This document shows, one piece after another, positions 50,196-56,853 of a stretch of 64,000 bases of DNA (position 1 is its first letter; each line of letters starts with the position of its first letter). A program made the position numbers and the translations under genes. The stretch comes from Negativicutes bacterium (GTDB lineage Bacteria > Bacillota > Negativicutes > UBA1444). Below the pieces are notes generated by a model that was given only the letters and a program-made list of their open reading frames with translations, made no database searches and had not been told where the DNA came from. The stretch spans positions 5,430 to 69,429 of the forward strand of contig CAXXIN010000014.1 in the NCBI GenBank assembly GCA_963665275.2. The letters run 5' to 3'.

Positions 50196-50645
50196 AACTC
50201 CCCTCCCGCCGAAAAAGCGGGAGGGGCTGGGGGTAGGTCCGAGACCCTAGCCGACCGAGGCGATTCCGACAGGGAAAACTTCCAGTGAGCTGCCGCCACC
50301 TGCCGACACGTCGGATAATAGCCCCACGTTATGTCAACCCGAAGGGCGCGCAGCGAAAGCGAGCGGTAGACGCGTAGCGGACTACTTTTGACATAACGTT
50401 CTATTATCGGATGGGCCGGCATGACTGGGCTGAATGATGGCACCCGTTCCCCCGTCCTCCGGCAGCTACCGTGGCCGATGGATCGGGCGCGGTGGCTGCT
50501 ACCCAGGCAGCAACAGACGCTAGGCAGTAACGAGGCGTGATCCGGACCGGGGCAGTATGCGCCGGGGAGGATGACGCCGACGGGATAGGGCAGGAATCTG
50601 CGGGAGGCGATGCGGTTCCCGGCGGTCTGATGCCAAGGCGGCCCG
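50196..50645. ncRNA. Candidate structured noncoding RNA (family not recognised)
   Basis: About 450 nt with no convincing ORF; one hand-counted 60-nt line was 70% G+C. Nested long-range helices (gttatgtcaa 50328-50337 / ttgacataac 50388-50397), a gcGAAAgc tetraloop, and a terminator-like hairpin at 50200-50226 that is T-flanked only on the minus strand. Confidence 0.35.
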
Positions 50646-50684
50646 ACGAACGGCAAACGGAAGCCCGCCACGTCGGTGGCGGGC
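50646..50684 (-). terminator. Intrinsic terminator of the ankyrin gene
   Basis: gcccgccac-gtcg-gtggcgggc 9-bp perfect stem, followed on the minus strand by ttccgtttgccgtt. Confidence 0.65.
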
Positions 50685-50728
50685 TGGAGGCCGGGCTAGG
50701 GACGCAAAGCGAGATGGGGACGTTTAAA

Positions 50729-52390
50729 TTATTTGGCTCCATATTGCTTCAGATATTCTATCGTTTTCTTAAACTCAGGAATATTATATTTTTTGTCACA
50801 TTCCAGCGCATAGTCGAGAGCACTACGGCGACCCTGGTCAAGGACATGCGGATTAGCGCCCATTTCCAGCATTCGTAGGATGATTTCGGGTGGGCCGCCC
50901 CAGGCCGCGTACATCAGAGGAGTTTTCCCATATTGATCTTGCACATTAATCGCTGCGCCTCTATCCAGCAGCAAGTTCATTTTTAACCTTCTGCCACCAC
51001 CGTGCTTTGCGGCCAAAATTAGGGGAGTTCCGCCCTGATTATCCCGCGCGTTAATATCTGCGCCTGCGTCAAGCAATATCAGCATTTTCGTGTTGTTATC
51101 CATAGTCGTTGATACCATCCACATCAAAGGGGTTCTTCCTTCATCATCCCGCGCATTGACTGCAGCACCCATTTCAACAAGTAATTTTGCGATATCCGGC
51201 TTATAGGCAGCGCTAGCCTGCATTAATACCGTCGTTCCTTTGTTGTTTTTCGCATGAATATCAGCACCGTGATCAATCAACATTTTTGACAAATCGGAAG
51301 TCCCGTTTTTCGCGGTAGCATGCAGCAACGGCGTGGATCCTGTTTCGTCCCTGGCGTTGATATCTGCGCCTGCCTCCATCAGATATTGAATTTTGTTCAT
51401 GCTTTCTATTTGGCTGGGCCTATGACTACTTTGATACCAACGTACTGCTTCAATAAATGCATTGTTTTTGTCCGCCGGCGAAAAACGAATCCCTTTGGAC
51501 AACAAATCTTTGACTGTTTCCAAACTCCCCCGCCCGGCCGCGTAGATCAGAGCCGTTTTCCCGCTGGCATCTTCAGCCTGGATATCGGCGCCTTGGGCAA
51601 GCAATAAATCCACGGCATCCACTTTTCCCGTTTCGGCAGCACTCATAAGTGCGATTTGACCTTGGCTGGTTTTTGAATTGACATTTGCACCGTTTTCCAA
51701 CAACAGTTTCATAGCTTCGAGATTTCCTCTGTTACTGGCTACCATCAGCAGCGTATTTTCTGGAAGGGAGATGGTTTCCACGCCAGCGAAAGGCTTCTGT
51801 CTATATATCTTTACCGTCTTTCCACCACCATCAAGGTTTTTCGCATTCACATCCGCGCCTTTGGCGATCAAGAGTCTGGCCAGATCCAGGTTGCCTTGCT
51901 CCAGCGCAATTCCGAGGGGGGCTTCCCACTGGTTGTTTCTTTCGTTGATGCCGATTCCGCCATAGATCAAGGGCTTGGCCAGGAATGGATATTCTTTGAC
52001 GGCCAGTGCCGTTGGCGTTCGGACTCCTTGGGCACCCAGCAAGCAACTGAGGATAGCGCAAGCAAGAGTGAATCCTACGAAAATTTTCGCTCGACGTTTG
52101 GCTTTCGCATCTTCGGTTAAGGACCGGTAACGGGAGAGCATGTGGCCGCTGACAGGGCAGAGGACTATAACAATAAAAACTAAACATAACACGAACCACT
52201 CTTCCAAATTCCAAGGCTCATGTTGAGCGATAAAAGCCCAGACAAAATAAGCGATAGGTAAAAGCACAAAGAATCGAACAACGGTATACCCATCGAAAAT
52301 CCGTAGATTTTTCAGCGTAGCAATCATAAAGACCAACCAGCAAACAAATACAACACTGAGAAGAGGTGCGATCTTCACTAGCAGCAGCAT
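50729..52390 (-). CDS. Membrane-anchored ankyrin-repeat protein (4 predicted TM segments plus at least 9 ANK repeats)
   Basis: Start MLLLVKIAPLL after the RBS aaaggag. Hydrophobic segments occupy the first ~150 aa. Then repeated G.TPLM.AA..G....LL..GA..N units (for example GRTPLMWMV..., GGTPLILAAKHGG, GKTPLMYAAWGG). Confidence 0.88.
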   Translation of the reverse strand: MLLLVKIAPLLSVVFVCWLVFMIATLKNLRIFDGYTVVRFFVLLPIAYFVWAFIAQHEPWNLEEWFVLCLVFIVIVLCPVSGHMLSRYRSLTEDAKAKRRAKIFVGFTLACAILSCLLGAQGVRTPTALAVKEYPFLAKPLIYGGIGINERNNQWEAPLGIALEQGNLDLARLLIAKGADVNAKNLDGGGKTVKIYRQKPFAGVETISLPENTLLMVASNRGNLEAMKLLLENGANVNSKTSQGQIALMSAAETGKVDAVDLLLAQGADIQAEDASGKTALIYAAGRGSLETVKDLLSKGIRFSPADKNNAFIEAVRWYQSSHRPSQIESMNKIQYLMEAGADINARDETGSTPLLHATAKNGTSDLSKMLIDHGADIHAKNNKGTTVLMQASAAYKPDIAKLLVEMGAAVNARDDEGRTPLMWMVSTTMDNNTKMLILLDAGADINARDNQGGTPLILAAKHGGGRRLKMNLLLDRGAAINVQDQYGKTPLMYAAWGGPPEIILRMLEMGANPHVLDQGRRSALDYALECDKKYNIPEFKKTIEYLKQYGAK

Positions 52391-52521
52391 AGCAGCTCCT
52401 TTCCAATTGTTGCTATTTTCCGCAGGGTATTTCTGGGTTCCTGCGGACAAAAAGCTTAATTATATAGGACGATTGTCCTGTTGTGGACATTGAGTTATTA
52501 GTGCGAGGTCAGAGCGGCCCG

Positions 52522-52560
52522 ACGAACGGCAAACGGAAGCCCGCCACGGATGTGACGGGC
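52522..52560 (-). terminator. Intrinsic terminator (near-copy of the one after the ankyrin gene)
   Basis: gcccgccac-ggat-gtgacgggc stem (one mismatch), followed on the minus strand by ttccgtttgccgtt. Confidence 0.6.
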
Positions 52561-52593
52561 ATTACGGATCGACGCCGGCAGCATACAGCTCGC

Positions 52594-52788
52594 TCATTGG
52601 CGGGCGATACGCAGGCGAACCTGTTGGTCGATTTCGCGGCGGGCTTCCGATAGCGAAAGATGGCCGGACTCCACGCGGGCGAATATGTGGCGGCTCCATT
52701 CCGGAACTGCGGCATTCTCCAGTCGCAAATCGGCGCGGGCCTGGCGCATGGCTTCCGCCACCGGCAGGGTTGTAATGATCTTTTTCAT
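52594..52788 (-). CDS. VbhA-like (Fic-antitoxin family) small protein
   Basis: MKKIITTLPVAEAMRQARADLRLENAAVPEWSRHIFARVESGHLSLSEARREI aligns by eye, without gaps, to Bartonella VbhA as I recall it (...SQRLEGLEPDPQVVAQMERVVVGELETSDVIKDL). LEG/LEN, G+17, L+19 and S+22 are conserved. Confidence 0.6.
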   Translation of the reverse strand: MKKIITTLPVAEAMRQARADLRLENAAVPEWSRHIFARVESGHLSLSEARREIDQQVRLRIARQ

Positions 52789-52819
52789 CGGCAACACGCC
52801 CTTTCTGGCAATAATGTGA

Positions 52820-52863
52820 TATCAAAGTAGTATCAAAGTAGTATCAAAATAGTATCAAAGTGC
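52820..52863. repeat. Four tandem 11-bp direct repeats (TATCAAARTRS)
   Basis: tatcaaagtag, tatcaaagtag, tatcaaaatag, tatcaaagtgc. They lie in the divergent spacer between the VbhA-like gene and the antirepressor gene. Confidence 0.85.
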
Positions 52864-52941
52864 TACTACTTTTATAGTATATCATGCCGCAGAGCTGCCA
52901 TGGAGGAGGGCAGTCAGACGGCGAAAAAAGGAGGCTTTCCC

Positions 52942-53790
52942 ATGCAAAAAAATCAATCACTCGAACGCGTATTCCACTTTCAAAACAAGCCGGTGCGAAC
53001 GCTGGACTTCTTTGGCTCGCTCTGGTTCGTGGCGAAAGATGTCTGCGAAGTTCTCCGAATTCGAACGAATTCCATCCGGTGCGTCCTGGATGAAGATGAG
53101 GTGCGAGCGTTCAATCCCAATGACAATAGTATTGACATTGGGCAAGAGGAAGTCGGGCATGGCGGACGCAACATGCTGGTGGTAAGCGAACCCGGACTCT
53201 ATTCTCTCGTATTGAAATCGCGCAGGCCTGAAGCGCGGCAGTTCAGGCGCTGGATTACCCACGAAGTTATTCCGGTGCTGCGGGCGGCCGGCAGCTACCA
53301 AATGCCAGCTCCTGCCGGGTCGGGTCAACTGTTGCAGTTTTCCCGGCGGGATCTGCTCAATCTGGCGGTGGAGGCGGAAACCGAATGCGAGGAGCTGCGC
53401 GGTGTCGTGGTCGACATGTTGCCCAAGGTTGAATTTTACGACCGGGTGGCGGACACGAGCGCGTCGTTTTCGCTCGGAGAAACGGCCAAGATGATGGAGA
53501 TCCCCGGTTTCGGACGCAACAACTTGATCCGGTTCCTGCGGGATGGGGCCGGAGTCCTGATGGCCGACAACGTGGCCAAGCAGAAATATATCAACCGAGG
53601 CTATTTTCATATCGTACAGAGGGACTACTGCGCGCCGGACGGTACGCCGCGCGTGAAAGCGGTGACGCGGGTCTATGAAAAAGGCGTCGATTATATCCGA
53701 CACCTTCTGGATGACGGTGAATACTTGGTTGCTGCAAGCGGTAGCGCAGACAGCAGCCATAGTAGATCCGCATCCGAAGGATGGAGGTAA
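52942..53790 (+). CDS. Phage antirepressor (Bro-N domain plus KilAC domain)
   Basis: MQKNQSLERVFHFQNKPVRTLDFFGSLWFVAKDVCEVL (Bro-N) and a C-terminal KilAC-like segment ...FYDRVADTSASFSLGETAKMM...YINRGYF. RBS aaggagg. Confidence 0.88.
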   Translation: MQKNQSLERVFHFQNKPVRTLDFFGSLWFVAKDVCEVLRIRTNSIRCVLDEDEVRAFNPNDNSIDIGQEEVGHGGRNMLVVSEPGLYSLVLKSRRPEARQFRRWITHEVIPVLRAAGSYQMPAPAGSGQLLQFSRRDLLNLAVEAETECEELRGVVVDMLPKVEFYDRVADTSASFSLGETAKMMEIPGFGRNNLIRFLRDGAGVLMADNVAKQKYINRGYFHIVQRDYCAPDGTPRVKAVTRVYEKGVDYIRHLLDDGEYLVAASGSADSSHSRSASEGWR

Positions 53791-53902
53791 GTGGTGGCAA
53801 GCGCCAGCGCAGACAGTGGTCATAGTAGATCCGCATCCGGAATGAAGTGAAGGACGAATGAGATCTGGACCGCGCGAACGCGGGCCGGTAGGGTGGAAAC
53901 GT

Positions 53903-53938
53903 AAAACAGCCGCCGCAGGAGAATGCGGCGACTGTTTT
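53903..53938 (+). terminator. Intrinsic (bidirectional-looking) terminator
   Basis: aaaacagccgccgc / gcggcgactgtttt stem flanked by A and T runs. Confidence 0.7.
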
Positions 53939-54098
53939 GAAGAAGAGGATGATACTCAGGGGCAAGCAAAGCGACCAGACAGCGCTCGCCAGTATCTACG
54001 GGTGCATATCCGTTGATACTTCATTATCTTACACCTGATGCAAGAGGAAGGACAACTTGGATTTTCCTTGGTATCGGGCAAAAAGGGAGGCATATTTT

Positions 54099-54707
54099 AT
54101 GAAAATCTGTATTGATCCGGGGCATAGCGGACCGGTAGAGCCGGGAGCTTGCGCTGGCGGCGCGACAGAGGCGGCGATTAATCTGCAGGTGGCAAAGATT
54201 CTGGGCAAGATGCTCGAGAATGCCGGGCACAAAGTAGTGTTGACGCGGGTTGATGACATCGAGGACATTACCTTGACGTGGCGCTGCGAGGTGGCGTGGA
54301 AGTTCCGGGCGGATCTTTTTATCTGTATCCACTGCAATGCTCATGAAGATAAGGAGGCGCACGGAACGGAGACCTGGTATTACGAGACCAGCGAGCGGGG
54401 GCACAATCTGGCGCGCTGCATCCAAGCGGCTATCGTCGCCAACTGCGGCACGACCGATCGGGGTGTGAAGTCTAAAGATGACTGGACCGTGCTGCAGGGT
54501 ACCACCTGTCCGGCGGTATTGGTGGAGTTGGCATTCATCACGAATGACGAGGAGCGCGCCCGGTTGACCGATCCATTTCTGCAGCGGCAGTTCGCGGTGG
54601 GAATCAGCAACGGGATCGAACAGTTCGCCAAGGGCGGCTCGCTGTTCGGCGGCGTGGCGGAGAGGCGACAAAGCTACGATATACGGGCCTTCGCGCGGAG
54701 GCGTTGA
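54099..54707 (+). CDS. N-acetylmuramoyl-L-alanine amidase (Amidase_3 family)
   Basis: MKICIDPGHSGP..., HCNAHEDKEAHGTETWY, VLVELAFITNDEE. RBS aagggagg. Confidence 0.9.
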   Translation: MKICIDPGHSGPVEPGACAGGATEAAINLQVAKILGKMLENAGHKVVLTRVDDIEDITLTWRCEVAWKFRADLFICIHCNAHEDKEAHGTETWYYETSERGHNLARCIQAAIVANCGTTDRGVKSKDDWTVLQGTTCPAVLVELAFITNDEERARLTDPFLQRQFAVGISNGIEQFAKGGSLFGGVAERRQSYDIRAFARRR

Positions 54708-55114
54708 CAGTTTTTCGGCGGTGGATCTATACTTAGTTCAGACAAACGAATAGCGCACAGGGGATGGAGCGCACGCACATGGGTATCCCCGCAGGACTTG
54801 CAATCCTTGCGGCTACCATACAGTACCTCCATCCCCATTTATCGGGACACGTCGCCATGGCGTGTCCCTTTCTCATGCCCGGCGGCCCATCAAGGCCCAT
54901 CTACTACGTTACGGCTGTGTTTTTCCTGCTTGCGTACGATCTGTACGCCGCGCAGTAAAAGCCTCGCCGTGCCTTGTAGCTGAACCTTGCTGAACCGTCG
55001 GGCGGAAAAAAGAAGCGGGATGCAGGCACAACCGGAAAACCGGGGCCTCGCGTCCCGTTTTTCATAAATACGCAGGGAACGCGCGAAAGCGCTGCCCCGA
55101 AAGGAGGGATCCTC

Positions 55115-55339
55115 ATGGCTGTTACTAAAGCGCCCCAGGAATCCCGCATCGGCATCAAAGTCATCAACGGCGTCAACGCCACCGGGGGCAACGTGTTCAA
55201 GACGCTGGGCTTTTCCAATGTGAAGCCCGCCGCGCTGGACCAGGACGTCTACGATGTCGCCGCCAGCCTCGCAGGACTGCAGGCGAAATCGCTGGTCTCG
55301 ATCGTGCGAACCGACACCGCCAACCTGATCGGCGAGTAA
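55115..55339 (+). CDS. DUF1659 family protein
   Basis: 74 aa with the pattern ...GIKVINGVNATGGNVFKTLGFSNVKPAALDQDVYDVAASLAGLQ. It is the first member of the recurrent DUF1659-DUF2922-YvrJ trio. Confidence 0.72.
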   Translation: MAVTKAPQESRIGIKVINGVNATGGNVFKTLGFSNVKPAALDQDVYDVAASLAGLQAKSLVSIVRTDTANLIGE

Positions 55340-55373
55340 CGCCGGCACTAAATTTTAAGGAAAGGAGGGGCAA

Positions 55374-55589
55374 ATGATGACTCGAACACTCAAACTCGGA
55401 TTCAAAAATGCGGACGGCAAGGATGTGAACATCCTTGTCGCCGACCCGAAAGACGGCATTACCAAAGTGGAAGCCGTCGCCGCCCAGACGCTGATCATCG
55501 CCCGGAACCTGTTCGCATCGACCGGCGGCGATCTCATCTCGGCGCTCGATCCCGTTGTGTTGACTCAGGACACCACGCTGCTGGCCTAG
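55374..55589 (+). CDS. DUF2922 family protein
   Basis: MMTRTLKLGFKNADGKDVNILVADPKDGITKVEAVAAQTLIIARNLF. Confidence 0.72.
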   Translation: MMTRTLKLGFKNADGKDVNILVADPKDGITKVEAVAAQTLIIARNLFASTGGDLISALDPVVLTQDTTLLA

Positions 55590-55593
55590 TCTC

Positions 55594-55788
55594 ATGGACT
55601 GGGCGCAGCTCATCTCCCAAGTGGGATTCCCGATTGCAGTTTCTGCATGGCTTTTGATCCGCCTAGATGATCGACTCGGCGCGTTCGAAAAGACCGCCGT
55701 GGCGATCTGCCAGCGGCTCGAGGACCAAAGCAACCGCTGCAGTGAATGCAAAGAGTGGAGGCAGCGAAACGAAAAAATGAAGGCATAA
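55594..55788 (+). CDS. YvrJ family small membrane protein
   Basis: 64 aa with a single TM segment, LISQVGFPIAVSAWLLIRL. Confidence 0.7.
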   Translation: MDWAQLISQVGFPIAVSAWLLIRLDDRLGAFEKTAVAICQRLEDQSNRCSECKEWRQRNEKMKA

Positions 55789-55829
55789 GCGCTGACCACG
55801 CCATCTTTGCTGAAACAAGCTAAAAATGA

Positions 55830-55871
55830 GGGACACGCTGCCGAAGGAAAGGCAGCTGTCCCGCATTTTTT
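55830..55871 (+). terminator. Intrinsic terminator closing the DUF1659-DUF2922-YvrJ unit
   Basis: gggacacgctgcc / ggcagctgtccc stem then gcatttttt. Confidence 0.75.
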
Positions 55872-55917
55872 GTCATAAAACAACAATGAAAATAATTGAG
55901 GGAAAGAGGTTTTGAAT

Positions 55918-56343
55918 ATGTTGTTAACAGATGTGACCAAGATTTTGAAAGTACTGCTCGGAGCGTTCGGGGCTGTGGCCTCCCGCGATGATCTTACCCA
56001 GCGCCGGATCGGCCAGATCGGCGAAGTGATCGGCGCGGTGGATGATGTGGCGGCGTATGAGGAAGACAAGGACGGTGGGGGTGGGACGATGGCCCAGAGG
56101 CGCGTCGAGGAAGCGCATGATATTATCCACCGGGTGGCAGCGATATTGGCGATGGAGGATGAGGGGGAGAACGGTGGCGGAGACAATTCTGGCGATGCGG
56201 GGCAGGACAATACAGGATTGGAAGCAACTGCCGAGCAGGACGTCATCTCCAGGAAGAATGGTGACGAGCCGCTGGCTGAAGTTCCTTGGGACGGGACGAT
56301 CGACGGGGAGACCATTGAGCTGAAGGAAGACGAAGAAGAATAA
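55918..56343 (+). CDS. Hypothetical acidic protein
   Basis: 141 aa with a hydrophobic N-terminus (LLTDVTKILKVLLGAFGAV) and a D/E/G-rich tail. RBS aagagg. No family recognised. Confidence 0.5.
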   Translation: MLLTDVTKILKVLLGAFGAVASRDDLTQRRIGQIGEVIGAVDDVAAYEEDKDGGGGTMAQRRVEEAHDIIHRVAAILAMEDEGENGGGDNSGDAGQDNTGLEATAEQDVISRKNGDEPLAEVPWDGTIDGETIELKEDEEE

Positions 56344-56588
56344 CCAAGAAGAAAATCATTGGCTAAATGAAAATGACTGGCTGGAACAACTTCAGCTGGT
56401 CGTTTCGTTTCAGAACACCTGAGCAATGTATTCAAAGATGGCCGATTAGCGTCAGGCGGCAGAGTGATCCGGAAATTCCGGATAACTGCGTCTGACGTCA
56501 ACGAGCCGCTGGCCGAGTTCCTGAGGACGGGACACTCGCGGGGGAGACCATCGAGCTAAAGGAAGCTGAAGAAGAATAGCATAACTGT

Positions 56589-56619
56589 GCGGGCTACAAA
56601 TAAGTAGCCTGCTTTTTTT
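56589..56619 (+). terminator. Intrinsic terminator
   Basis: gcgggctac / gtagcctgc stem then a T7 run. Confidence 0.65.
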
Positions 56620-56775
56620 GTCTAAGTAGTATTTGATGGCAGGATTACGAAAGGTTTTCGGGAATCGATTGAACGAGTACCCGAAATTGCAAGTTGAGTA
56701 TTTTTCCCACATTGGCTGATGAGAGTGACAGACGATTCCGCTTATTCTACTAATGGGTACAAAAAGTAATAAAGA

Positions 56776-56812
56776 ATTTTATTTTTAGTATTGTAAATAC
56801 TAAAAATAAAAT
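56776..56812. repeat. AT-only 37-bp palindrome upstream of the R-M operon
   Basis: attttatttttagtat-tgtaa-atactaaaaataaaat, with 16-nt perfect arms, 42 nt upstream of the first operon ATG. Confidence 0.8.
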
Positions 56813-56853
56813 GTATGATGTCATCAGATGGTCGATCATGGAGGAAATGGAAA

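Noticed and set aside
50255-50280. tmRNA-like word gattccgacagggaaaac (compare GGAUUCGACAGGG).
   Set aside because: There is no tRNA-like 3' end (T-arm plus CCA), no acceptor pairing and no tag reading frame nearby.
50646-50740. GEMM-I (c-di-GMP-I) riboswitch-like words on the plus strand: ggcaaacgg ... gggacgcaaagcg.
   Set aside because: The first half belongs to the 35-bp repeat and forms the minus-strand terminator hairpin. The hairpin loop is gtcg, not GNRA. I could not build a convincing P2. The element also points into the 3' end of a convergent gene, so it has nothing to regulate. An Rfam scan would settle it.
49973-50742. Minus-strand ORFs of 232 aa and 112 aa across the GC-rich segment.
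   Set aside because: Stop-free runs are expected at about 65-70% G+C. The 232-aa ORF runs antisense into the wHTH gene, and the translations look like nonsense (Pro/Arg/Ser/Gly-rich).
52820-52863. Possible CRISPR array.
   Set aside because: The 11-bp units are contiguous with no spacers, and no cas genes are present. It is a tandem operator or iteron array.
54764-54983. ORFs 54764..54958 and 54798..54983 downstream of the amidase gene.
   Set aside because: They have no RBS and overlap a hairpin (gggacacg/cgtgtccc at about 54846-54870). Their composition resembles intergenic sequence.
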